Positions 18,457 through 26,975 of a DNA stretch of 64,000 bases are shown here, piece by piece. Within the stretch, counting starts at the first letter, position 1; the number at the start of each line of letters is the position of its first letter. Source of the DNA: Candidatus Pacearchaeota archaeon (GTDB taxonomy: Archaea > Nanobdellota > Nanobdellia > Pacearchaeales > UBA284); contig JAWANM010000002.1 in assembly GCA_038895375.1 (NCBI GenBank), positions 1,447 to 65,446 of the forward strand. Reading direction: 5' to 3'. The translations under genes and the position numbers were made by a program. Under the pieces are notes generated by a model. The model was not told the DNA's origin. It saw only the letters and a list, made by a program, of their open reading frames with translations, and searched no databases.

Positions 18457-19043
18457 TTTTTTTCAACAACTTTTCCTTTTGGCTTTGTTTCAGAAAAAAT
18501 TTGCGCTTGAAACTTATAGATGCGCGCTTGAGGATTGAGCCAAATTTCGCTAGGCAATCCTGCTTTATTGCAAACGCCACGCAAAAAATCAATGGCGTTC
18601 CACTTGAGCTCTTTAGCAACTTGTGGCAAAAGCAATCCGGAGTGACCTGCAAAATGAATGATCAAACCGTCTTTACCTATTTCGATTTGTTCAGGAATTT
18701 CATTACCGGTTGCTTGAATCGGTTGCGGCTTTGTCAATATAGAAATTTCTAGTGTTACCTTGTCCAATTCTTTTTCCGTTAAAGGTTCAAATCTAGGATC
18801 TGAAAATGCTGCACTTCTGGCTGCTTGAAAAACAGCCTCGGCAAGAGGCAAAACAGCATAAGGAAAACCTATACAGCCTCGAAGCTCGTTAGATGGCCAT
18901 GAATGCAATGTGACAAAAACACCTCTCGGCTCGGAAAATTCTTCTTTTTCTTTTGAAAAGTCGAGTTGTTTTTTTGTGAACCAAGACTCTATAGCCTTGC
19001 GAGCAAGCTTAACGAGTTTTTTTCCTTGTTGTAAAGTTAACAT
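18453..19043 (-). CDS. AMMECR1-domain protein
   Basis: GVFVTLHSW......LRGCIG signature. Confidence 0.85.
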   Translation of the reverse strand: MLTLQQGKKLVKLARKAIESWFTKKQLDFSKEKEEFSEPRGVFVTLHSWPSNELRGCIGFPYAVLPLAEAVFQAARSAAFSDPRFEPLTEKELDKVTLEISILTKPQPIQATGNEIPEQIEIGKDGLIIHFAGHSGLLLPQVAKELKWNAIDFLRGVCNKAGLPSEIWLNPQARIYKFQAQIFSETKPKGKVVEKK

Positions 19044-19138
19044 GCTTAAAAAAGGAGTATTGGATTAATAAAATTTACTGCTGCAATTTTTCAAAATTTT
19101 TTTAAATTTGAAATAAATAAAAATTAAAAAAGAGGAAA

Positions 19139-19531
19139 ATGGCGAACAAAAAATTAGAAGAAAAAATAGAAATGGCTTGTCTAGGAAAAGAAAAAAGCAA
19201 TTACACTTTAATAGCTTGCCTTCACAGCACCAAAGAAAGAATTATCGATTTCGAAGAGAAAATTTCTTTAGTTATTAAAGAAGTAATTAAAAAGAGTAAT
19301 TTAAATCTAGTAAGAGGAAAAGAACTGGTGTATAGATTTAAGCCATATGGCGTTACAGCACTTTACATACTTAAACAAAGTCATATTGCCATACATACTT
19401 GGCCAGAAAAAGAATTTGTTCGTGTCGATATTTTTTCATGTTCTGGAAAAAAGTATGCAAAAAAAGCATATGAAGAAATATTGAAAGTACTAGAGCCGTC
19501 TAGAGTAGAAAAAGTCGAGATTTATGGTTGA
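19139..19531 (+). CDS. speH: pyruvoyl-dependent S-adenosylmethionine decarboxylase (SpeH family; could alternatively be the arginine decarboxylase paralog)
   Basis: HIAIHTWPEKEFVRVDIFSCSG; ~130 aa. Confidence 0.7.
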   Translation: MANKKLEEKIEMACLGKEKSNYTLIACLHSTKERIIDFEEKISLVIKEVIKKSNLNLVRGKELVYRFKPYGVTALYILKQSHIAIHTWPEKEFVRVDIFSCSGKKYAKKAYEEILKVLEPSRVEKVEIYG

Positions 19532-19566
19532 GACAACTATTTCTAAAGATCTCAAGCATGAAAAAA

Positions 19567-19639
19567 TGCTCCCTGCGAGATTCGAACTCGCGTCACAGCC
19601 TCGAAAGGGCTGTATCCTTGGCCTCTAGACGAAGGGAGC
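19567..19639 (-). tRNA. tRNA-Glu(UUC)
   Basis: Reverse complement GCTCCCTTCGTCTAGAGGCCAAGGATACAGCCCTTTCGAGGCTGTGACGCGAGTTCGAATCTCGCAGGGAGCA folds as a cloverleaf. Anticodon loop CTTTCGA; T-loop GTTCGAATC. Confidence 0.85.
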
Positions 19640-19656
19640 TTGAAAAAGAAAAAAGA

Positions 19657-19668
19657 GCAGTTTTTATA
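19657..19668 (-). promoter_or_regulatory. TATA-box-like element about 25 nt upstream of tRNA-Glu
   Basis: tttataaaaa on the coding strand. Confidence 0.4.
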
Positions 19669-19681
19669 AATTTTACTTATA

Positions 19682-20206
19682 TTGTTCAATAATATGCTTC
19701 GAATGAACATGGCTTTTTATTCGCAAGACGCTGCAAAAGTTGCCAAAAACTTGCTAGGCAAGATATTATGCAGAAACTATAAAGGCAAAGTGAAAAAAGC
19801 AAGAATAATTGAAACAGAAGCTTACTATGATGAAAAAGATCCTGCATCGAGAGCTTGCAAAAACGGAGACTTGAAAAAGACCATGCAAGCAGAAGCAGGA
19901 ACAATCCTTGTTTATGGTGTCCACAATAACTGGCTTCTAAACATCGTTACAGGTAAAAAAGGGGAAGCACAAGCTGTTCTGATTCGTGCTGCAAAGCCGA
20001 TAAATTTTAAAGCTAAATGCGAAGGTCCCGGAATGCTAACCAGAGCTTTGAAAATAGACAAGAGCTTTCATAAACAAAGTATTATAAAGAATAAAAATTT
20101 GTGGATAGAAAACGACAAATGGAAAAATTTTAAGATAAAGTCTTCGCACAGAATAGGAGTCAAAAAAGATCTTGCAAGAAAATTGAGATTCTTCATAGAA
20201 TTTTAA
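19682..20206 (+). CDS. mpg: 3-methyladenine DNA glycosylase (MPG/AAG family)
   Basis: AKNLLGKILCRNYKGKVKKARIIETEAYYDEKDPASRA matches the MPG signature (L.G..L....g.IvEtEAY...D.AsHa). Confidence 0.8.
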   Translation: MFNNMLRMNMAFYSQDAAKVAKNLLGKILCRNYKGKVKKARIIETEAYYDEKDPASRACKNGDLKKTMQAEAGTILVYGVHNNWLLNIVTGKKGEAQAVLIRAAKPINFKAKCEGPGMLTRALKIDKSFHKQSIIKNKNLWIENDKWKNFKIKSSHRIGVKKDLARKLRFFIEF

Positions 20207-20233
20207 TTCCGTCTTTTTCTTCTTGAACAAGAA

Positions 20234-20344
20234 TGGGCTCGACAGGATTCGAACCTGTGACCTACGGCTGACTTAGAGCGCGACTAAGCAAAAGCTTAGC
20301 GGTCGTATAAGACCGTTGCTCTAACCAGCTGAGCTACGAGCCCA
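20234..20344 (-). tRNA. intron-containing tRNA, best read as tRNA-Ile(UAU) with a 36-nt intron at 37/38
   Basis: Reverse complement GGGCTCGTAGCTCAGCTGGTTAGAGCA ACGGT CTTATA [CGACCGCTAAGCTTTTGCTTAGTCGCGCTCTAAGTC] A GCCGT AGGTC ACAGGTTCGAATCCTGT CGAGCCC A. Acceptor, D and T arms are canonical. The anticodon stem is ACGGU/GCCGU with one G-U pair. Confidence 0.7.
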
Positions 20345-20411
20345 TTCAAATAAAAACATAAATATATTTAAAATTTATCTTTGCATTGAAAAAATATAAA
20401 AAATTTGAAAG

Positions 20412-21611
20412 TTGATCATATTCATGTTGATAGGCATTGTAGGAAAGCCAAACGTAGGCAAAAGCACTTTTTTCAAAGCAGCGACTCTTGCCGAAGTTGC
20501 AATAGCCCCTTATCCTTTCACAACGATTAAGCCCAATGAAGGAGTCGGTTTTGTAAGAGTAGAATGCCCGGATAAAGAGCTGGGTATAAAATGTAAGCCA
20601 AACCACGGCTTTTGTTTGCATAACCAAAGATTTATTCCTATAAAGCTTTTGGATGTTGCGGGTTTGGTACCTGGAGCACATCAAGGTAAAGGACTTGGCA
20701 ATCAATTTCTCGATGATTTAAGACAAGCCGACGTATTGATTCATGTTGTAGACGCAAGCGGTTTGACGAATGAAGAAGGAAAACCGACAGAAGGTTACGA
20801 TCCTTGTAGGGACATTAGATTTCTCGAGGAGGAAATCGATCTGTGGTTTTATACAATAATAACTAGAAATTGGAAAACCTTAACTAGAAAATTAAAACTA
20901 AGAGAGAAGCCGATCAAAGAATTTGCAACACAATTTTCCGGATTGAAAATAAATGAGGAAATGATAAAAAAAGCAATAAAAATGGCCGAACTTGATGAAA
21001 ATTTTTCAGAATGGCAGGATGCTCAAATCATGAAATTTGTTAAAACTCTAAGAAAATTGAGCAAACCTATAATAATTGCAGCAAATAAAGTCGACTTGCC
21101 TTCAAGCAAGGAAAATATTGAAAAAATAAAAAAAGAATTTCCAGATTTGCTTGTGATTCCTTGTTCTGCAGAATGTGAACTCGCATTGCGCGAAGCTGCG
21201 AAAGATAATTTAATAGAATACGTTCCTGGAGATAAAGACTTTAAAATCCTTCATGAAGAGAAATTGAATGAAAGACAAAAAAAAGCGCTGGAGTTTATAA
21301 GAGAAAAAATTCTTTCGCAAGAGCATGGAACCGGTGTTCAGCAATGCTTGAATGCTGCTGTGTTTGATTTTCTCGAGTACATTGTAGTTTATCCTGTCGA
21401 AAACGAAACGCACTTCGCGGATTCTAAAGGAAACGTGCTTCCGGATGCTTTTTTAATGCCAAAGGAATCTAAAGTAATCGACTTGGCATTTGCAATTCAC
21501 ACCGAAATCGGAAAAAATTTTGTAGCAGCTATTGATGCGAGAACGAAAAAAAGATTGGCAAAAGATTACATGCTAAAAAACAAAGACATCATTAAAATTA
21601 TTACAAAATAG
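20412..21611 (+). CDS. Obg/YchF-family GTPase with C-terminal TGS domain (Ygr210-like)
   Basis: G1 GIVGKPNVGKST, G3 DVAGL, G4 NKVD; 399 aa. Confidence 0.85.
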   Translation: MIIFMLIGIVGKPNVGKSTFFKAATLAEVAIAPYPFTTIKPNEGVGFVRVECPDKELGIKCKPNHGFCLHNQRFIPIKLLDVAGLVPGAHQGKGLGNQFLDDLRQADVLIHVVDASGLTNEEGKPTEGYDPCRDIRFLEEEIDLWFYTIITRNWKTLTRKLKLREKPIKEFATQFSGLKINEEMIKKAIKMAELDENFSEWQDAQIMKFVKTLRKLSKPIIIAANKVDLPSSKENIEKIKKEFPDLLVIPCSAECELALREAAKDNLIEYVPGDKDFKILHEEKLNERQKKALEFIREKILSQEHGTGVQQCLNAAVFDFLEYIVVYPVENETHFADSKGNVLPDAFLMPKESKVIDLAFAIHTEIGKNFVAAIDARTKKRLAKDYMLKNKDIIKIITK

Positions 21612-21614
21612 AAG

Positions 21615-22181
21615 CTAATGGCCAGGACAAAGAATTTCATATTTCAGAGTTAGAAGTTTTCTTATGCTTTTTTGCATTTCTTCTGGAACGCTTGTTTTTA
21701 AATCTGTTCTTCCTACAAAGTAGCCTTTTTTGTCAAAAATTGTATCTCCAGAAAACAAAATATTTTTGTAAAGGAAGGCCAAACTACCTCGCGTATGACC
21801 AGGAACCTCGATTATTTTGAAATTCTTGTTCTTAAATTCATTTATATCAAGAAAATTAACATTTTCCAATTCTGACAAATCATTTTTTCTCAAAAAATTC
21901 CGCTTATTTTTTTTAAAATCTTCTATTTCTCTTGCAGAAGCATAAACTTTTGCCTTCGGAAATAAAGCTATATTGCCGATATGATCCCAATGCAAGTGAG
22001 TCAACAGTATATGCTCGACATTTTCTAATTTTAAATTTTTTTCTTCAAAATCTTCAAGCAACTCCGCTCTAGCTTCAATCGAGCCCGTATCGATCATAAT
22101 TCTATTTTCAACAAGATAGCAATTTGAACTAAATTCTCTGAATGAAAATTTCAAAACATTTTTAGTTATTTGTTGAATCAT
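21615..22181 (-). CDS. MBL-fold metallo-hydrolase
   Basis: HLHWDHIGN (H.H.DH motif). Confidence 0.8.
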   Translation of the reverse strand: MIQQITKNVLKFSFREFSSNCYLVENRIMIDTGSIEARAELLEDFEEKNLKLENVEHILLTHLHWDHIGNIALFPKAKVYASAREIEDFKKNKRNFLRKNDLSELENVNFLDINEFKNKNFKIIEVPGHTRGSLAFLYKNILFSGDTIFDKKGYFVGRTDLKTSVPEEMQKSIRKLLTLKYEILCPGH

Positions 22182-22277
22182 TTTAATAAACCGTTTGCGT
22201 TTTTCATAAAATTTGAACTTTCCAACAATTCGTTTTCTGCTTTGCTAAACTTTTCAAAACATACAATCAGAATCATT

Positions 22278-22724
22278 TTAAAACAAAGTCTTTTGTTTCT
22301 TTCTTGATTGCAAAAATTCGTGCGCTTTTCTCAAACTTTCTTTTGAATTTTCGTGCGTCAGAAGCTCGAGAGCTTCTTCAAAAGTGGCCCACTTGTAGTT
22401 CTGATGCTCGTGACTCAACTTAACATTTTGTTGTGAAGTTTCAGCAAGCAAATAAATTACATATTTTTTTATAAGCTCTCCTTTGAACTTATAAAAAAAT
22501 TGAAAAGAACTTTTAAAATTATAGAATTTTAGATCTGTTATTCCAGTTTCTTCTTTTATTTCTCTTATGGCTGCTTGCTTTTCGTTCTCTCCTTCCTCGA
22601 CATTTCCTCTTGGAAAGTCCCACAATGCTTTGAAGTTTTCATGAGGGGCTCTATAAAGCAAAAGATATTTAATATTTGCATTTTTTCTAAAAACAATCGC
22701 TCCGCAAGATTTTTCATGTTTCAT
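22278..22724 (-). CDS. NUDIX hydrolase
   Basis: Nudix box: GNVEEGENEKQAAIREIKEETGI. Confidence 0.85.
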   Translation of the reverse strand: MKHEKSCGAIVFRKNANIKYLLLYRAPHENFKALWDFPRGNVEEGENEKQAAIREIKEETGITDLKFYNFKSSFQFFYKFKGELIKKYVIYLLAETSQQNVKLSHEHQNYKWATFEEALELLTHENSKESLRKAHEFLQSRKKQKTLF

Positions 22725-23640
22725 CTTCTAGTATGCATTGCTCTGGCAATTTATCAAATCTTATTCTAACGAGTTGAGGATTTTTTAGTTTGCCTTCTTG
22801 AAAGCCTTCGTGTCTAATCTTAACAACAATTTCTGGCTTGAACCATTTAATTTTTTTAATTTCAAAACCAAAAGGAAAATCGAATATTTTTTCCTTTGTC
22901 TCAAGTTTTTTTATTTTTCCTTTTAGATAACTCTCAAGCACTTTGCTGCTTTCTTTTTTAAGCTCTCCTACATTCTTGATGACGTTGTTTTTATAAGCGC
23001 CAAGCAAAAAAGTTTTTTCGTTCATGCCTGCAACTATTGAATTGCTAGTATCAAAATTTTTAATTTTCAGCCAGTCCCAACTTCTTCCTTGAACGTATTT
23101 GCTGCTCAGCGATTTAGCAATAACTCCATCATATTCTTTCTCTTCAACTTCTTTCCATATTTCTTTGCCATTCAGGCTTGAAGGACACAATCTGATAAGT
23201 TCTGAATTTTCGACTACTCTCTCGAGTATTTCGCGTCTTTTTTTTAGCGTATTGTCTAGCAATGCAATTCCGTTTATTTCGAGAATGTCAAAAACAAGAA
23301 AAGTTGCAGGAATTTTCTTGCTTTTTGCTTTTATTTGTTCTTGCTTTTCTAAAAGATCTCTCTCTTGAAGCAATCTCGAATCTGCTTTATCGTCTTTAAA
23401 TACAACAAGGACGCCATCGAGAACACAATGGTCTGCTTTGATATGCAAAGGCAAATCGAGCATTTCTGGAAATTTGAACAAAATGTCAATATTCAGCTGA
23501 TTTGTCAAAGCAATATTATCTTTTTCTTTGTATAAAAAGACTCTTATAGAATCAAACTTTGGTTCGAAAATAAAACCGATCGGTGCAGGCTTTTCTAAAA
23601 CGCTTGCATCGCCAGGTCTTGGAAACATGTGTTTGAACAT
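22714..23640 (-). CDS. minimal ATP-dependent nucleic-acid ligase (nucleotidyltransferase plus OB domain, 308 aa)
   Basis: Motif I KFDSIR (K.DG.R with G to S). Motif III FLVFDILEING. Motif IV DGVIAK. Motif V WLKIK. Confidence 0.65.
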   Translation of the reverse strand: MFKHMFPRPGDASVLEKPAPIGFIFEPKFDSIRVFLYKEKDNIALTNQLNIDILFKFPEMLDLPLHIKADHCVLDGVLVVFKDDKADSRLLQERDLLEKQEQIKAKSKKIPATFLVFDILEINGIALLDNTLKKRREILERVVENSELIRLCPSSLNGKEIWKEVEEKEYDGVIAKSLSSKYVQGRSWDWLKIKNFDTSNSIVAGMNEKTFLLGAYKNNVIKNVGELKKESSKVLESYLKGKIKKLETKEKIFDFPFGFEIKKIKWFKPEIVVKIRHEGFQEGKLKNPQLVRIRFDKLPEQCILEDET

Positions 23641-23732
23641 TGAAGTACTCTAGAAAATGATGAACTTAAATATTTTTCTCATCGCTATTTCATTTTAATA
23701 AAGCTTAAAAGCACTAAAAGGATAATTTTAAA

Positions 23733-24557
23733 ATGGACAATCGACTAAAGGTATTCTTTATTTTACTTATAATCGGCGCAGCGACTTATTTTACTTTCAA
23801 GCATATCTCTATAATTTTCTCCCTTTTTTTGATTGCTTTCCTTTTAATCTTTTTCTATTTTGTTTCTGACAAAATCATTCTTTCGAAGTATGGCGCAGAA
23901 AAAGTTAAAAGCAAATACATAACAAAAGTTATTAGTGAATTGAGCGAAAAAGCTGGAATAAGAGAACCAAAGGCATATATGATTAAATTGGATTTTGCAA
24001 CGGCTCTTGCCATCGGCAGAAAAGAAGAAGCCTCTATTTGTATAACAAAAGACTTGTTGAAAAAGCTCGATCGAGCGGAAATTAAAGCAGTGATTGCCTA
24101 TGAAATAGCTTATATAAAAAGCAATGCTGCTCTGTTAGGATGCATAGTTGCAATGATTGCCGGCTTGATAGTTTCTTTAGCATACTTTCTTAGGTATTTT
24201 TTCGATACTTTAACAACAAAAAAGACCAAGATCGGCTTGGTATTTTTTTCTATAGTACTTCCTGTGGCTGCTTTGCTATTGCATCTTACTATTTCAAGAA
24301 AAGATAAATTCAAAGCAGATTTAAAAGCTAGTAAACTTTTAGGACAACCATACACTCTAATAGATGCTTTGAAGAAGCTAGAAAAAGAAAAAGCACCAGG
24401 TTTTGAGTGGAGCGCTCATCTTTTCATTACAAGTCCTCTAACAAGATATTCTAGTATTTTGTTTTCAACCCATCCTAGCTTAGGAGAAAGGATTAGACGA
24501 TTGAGAAGTTTTTGGAAAAAAAAGAAAAAATCTGCCTTCCCAGTAACGAATTTATAA
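23733..24557 (+). CDS. HtpX-like M48 peptidase homolog with degenerate zinc site (HExxH replaced by YEIAY)
   Basis: AVIAYEIAYIKSNAA aligns to HtpX AvlAHElgHikn. The C-terminal FSTHPSLGERIRRL (HtpX fsTHPpl.eRI) is conserved. Four TM segments. Confidence 0.6.
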   Translation: MDNRLKVFFILLIIGAATYFTFKHISIIFSLFLIAFLLIFFYFVSDKIILSKYGAEKVKSKYITKVISELSEKAGIREPKAYMIKLDFATALAIGRKEEASICITKDLLKKLDRAEIKAVIAYEIAYIKSNAALLGCIVAMIAGLIVSLAYFLRYFFDTLTTKKTKIGLVFFSIVLPVAALLLHLTISRKDKFKADLKASKLLGQPYTLIDALKKLEKEKAPGFEWSAHLFITSPLTRYSSILFSTHPSLGERIRRLRSFWKKKKKSAFPVTNL

Positions 24558-24593
24558 CAAAAAATTTATAAAGGAGCATGCTTAAAAAGAGTT

Positions 24594-24866
24594 ATGCCAA
24601 ATTTATGTCCTTGGTGTGGTACGAAACTTGAAATAAAAAAAATAGAAAAGGGAGACAAAATTCTAGAAGTATGCTCAAGGTGTAATTTTAAATTAAAAGA
24701 GTATAAAAAACCAGAACCTAAAAAAATAGAAGAAAAACCGCAAATAGTCGAAGTTAAAGAAACTGAAAAGCCGGTTGTGAAGGAAAAACCCATTTGGCCG
24801 ATAATAATTACAATAATAGCTATTGTAGTCGTTATTATTCTCCTTATAAAAATTTTCCTAGTTTGA
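24594..24866 (+). CDS. small zinc-ribbon protein with C-terminal TM helix
   Basis: CPWCG...CSRCNF, then a K/E/P-rich linker and a hydrophobic tail. Confidence 0.4.
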   Translation: MPNLCPWCGTKLEIKKIEKGDKILEVCSRCNFKLKEYKKPEPKKIEEKPQIVEVKETEKPVVKEKPIWPIIITIIAIVVVIILLIKIFLV

Positions 24867-24924
24867 AACAAAACTTTTCTATAAAATATAGTTGCAAAAT
24901 TGTGTCACAAGAATTGAATCAAGC

Positions 24925-25015
24925 TGGACTAAACTTTTCGATACTTTAACAACAAAAAACTTCGGCTTGATATTTTTTTCTATAGTGCTTCCTATGGCTG
25001 CTTTGCTACTATATT
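24925..25015 (+). pseudogene. decayed partial duplicate (~85 nt, ~85% identity) of the HtpX-like gene segment 24196-24290
   Basis: ttttcgatactttaacaacaaaaaa...ggcttg.tatttttttctatagt.cttcct.tggctgctttgcta is shared. Translation FDTLTTKNFGLIFFSIVLPMAALLL versus parent FDTLTTKKTKIGLVFFSIVLPVAALLL. Confidence 0.6.
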
Positions 25016-25473
25016 TTTGTTATTATAAATCTCGATCCCGCATATCGAGAAATTATCGCCATTATCCTCAGACCATTTGCTTGAGCTTGAAAAACAGGTT
25101 CTGCAATAGGTTTGCCTGATCGAAGAGAAAATTTGTTTATAATTGAGTTGATTTCATCTTCATTAAGTGCCATGTCTGTTTGAATCATTTCATTGTTCTT
25201 GTTTATTTTCAAAGGAATGTTAGGACCATCGCACTGAATTAAAGAAACAGAAGGATCTTGTATAAAGACGTTTATTCTTCCGAGATCAAAGCTATAAGGC
25301 AAAGAAGATTGCCTAAAATCGGGCACGTTTATTTTTTCTATCTCTTGAAAAACGCGCTTTCTTGGAATTATCTTTTCCAGTTCTTGTTTTATTTGCTCGC
25401 CAAAACTGAATCTTTTTTTATGCTTTGCAACTAAAAAATATTTTGCCAATTCAACAGAAAGATCATGCGACAT
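25009..25473 (-). CDS. hypothetical protein
   Basis: 154-aa ORF; no motif recognised. Confidence 0.4.
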   Translation of the reverse strand: MSHDLSVELAKYFLVAKHKKRFSFGEQIKQELEKIIPRKRVFQEIEKINVPDFRQSSLPYSFDLGRINVFIQDPSVSLIQCDGPNIPLKINKNNEMIQTDMALNEDEINSIINKFSLRSGKPIAEPVFQAQANGLRIMAIISRYAGSRFIITKI

Positions 25474-25495
25474 TTTAAAAACGAATTTTTTAAAT

Positions 25496-25912
25496 TTAAA
25501 AATTGAATTCTGGTAATGGCTCTAAATCATATTCATCTTCGCCAGACTTTTCTTCCTCCTCAGCCTTTTCTTTTTTTTCGATTTTCTTTTCTTCAAGTTC
25601 TCTTCTTTTGATTCTTTCCTCACCAACCTTTTGTAAATTTTCGCCTATAGCGATCACGCCTTCGGCTATTGCTTTATTTTGCTCGAGTAACTTGTCTAGT
25701 TTCTCCTCGATTTTAGGAGCAAAAGATATGTTTTTATCATGTTTTAGTTCCTCTTCTGCACGCTTAAAAATTGTTACAAGTTCTGAAACTCCTTGCTTCA
25801 ATTCTTTCAAATCCTTGACTGTTTCGACAAGCTTTTTTTGTAAAGCTATAAAATTCTCTAGAAGCAAGTCTGTTTCTTTCATTTCTTTTTCTTCTTTCCC
25901 TCTTTTTACCAT
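25496..25912 (-). CDS. K/E-rich coiled-coil protein
   Basis: ORF with heptad-like composition. Confidence 0.4.
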   Translation of the reverse strand: MVKRGKEEKEMKETDLLLENFIALQKKLVETVKDLKELKQGVSELVTIFKRAEEELKHDKNISFAPKIEEKLDKLLEQNKAIAEGVIAIGENLQKVGEERIKRRELEEKKIEKKEKAEEEEKSGEDEYDLEPLPEFNF

Positions 25913-25993
25913 GTTAGTTCTATGCTAAAAGGATTTAAAACTCTTTCTATCTTTGCGAGTTAATTTTATAAACTTTCATAGCATAAAAAAGCT

Positions 25994-26929
25994 ATGAAAA
26001 AGAGGCTCGGAAATGTAAAAGACTCTGCTCTAGAAGCAGAGAAGCATAAAAAACATAAGCACGTGTTGCTTGTAATTTTAATAATTCTCATTGTAATTAT
26101 TGCTATTTTGCTTGCCATGCTTATCAAGCCTTATCCAGCAAATGTTGCTTTGATAAGCATAGAAGGCACGATCCTAACAGGCTCGGAAGAGTTTAGTCCT
26201 GGAGTTGTCTTTTCTGATAGTATAATCAAGAATATAGAAGAAGCGAAAAAGAATAAAAACATAAGAGCAATAATTTTTGAAATCAACTCTCCCGGTGGTT
26301 CTGCTGTAGCATCCCAAGAGATTGCTGAAGCTATAAAAAAAGTAAATAAAGAGAAGCTGACCGTTGCTGTAATCCGAGAAATCGGTACAAGTGGAGCATA
26401 TTGGATAGCCAGTTCTTGTAATTACATAATCGCTTCGCCGATGTCTATAACCGGCTCCATAGGAGTTATAGCATCTTATCTCGAGTACAGCGGACTGCTC
26501 CAAAGATTCAACATAACTTACCAAAGACTTGTTGCTGGAAAATATAAAGACATTGGCTCGCCATATAAAAATCTGAGCGAAGAAGAGCGCATACTATTGC
26601 AAGCCATTCTTGACTCTGTTTATAATTCTTTTGTCTATGAAATTAAAACGAATAGAAACTTAACACAAGAACAAGCCGAAGAAATAGCAAATGGTATGTT
26701 TTATCTTGGTTTACAAGCCAAAGAACTAGGCTTGGTCGATGCTCTAGGCTCTAGAGAGGATGCTATAAAGTATATAGAGGAACAAAAAGGAATAAAAGCT
26801 TATGTTCGCGAATTCAAGAGAAGACCGAGCTTTTTTCTTTATAATGAAATGTCGGCAGCAGCATATTGGCTTGGAAGAGGAATTGCTAGTGGCTTGCTTG
26901 GAATTGAAGAATTGAAATTGAAAGTTTAA
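25994..26929 (+). CDS. sppA: signal peptide peptidase SppA (S49, 36K type)
   Basis: N-terminal TM; EINSPGGSAVASQEIAEAI and GSIGV catalytic-region signatures. Confidence 0.85.
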   Translation: MKKRLGNVKDSALEAEKHKKHKHVLLVILIILIVIIAILLAMLIKPYPANVALISIEGTILTGSEEFSPGVVFSDSIIKNIEEAKKNKNIRAIIFEINSPGGSAVASQEIAEAIKKVNKEKLTVAVIREIGTSGAYWIASSCNYIIASPMSITGSIGVIASYLEYSGLLQRFNITYQRLVAGKYKDIGSPYKNLSEEERILLQAILDSVYNSFVYEIKTNRNLTQEQAEEIANGMFYLGLQAKELGLVDALGSREDAIKYIEEQKGIKAYVREFKRRPSFFLYNEMSAAAYWLGRGIASGLLGIEELKLKV

Positions 26930-26975
26930 TATAGCTAAATGGAACAACAAATTCACTTGAGCTTTGAAAAAGTTC

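Noticed and set aside
18253-18752. ORFs 18253-18510 (+), 18434-18652 (-), 18501-18752 (+).
   Set aside because: Overlap radB and the AMMECR1 gene in other frames; no motifs.
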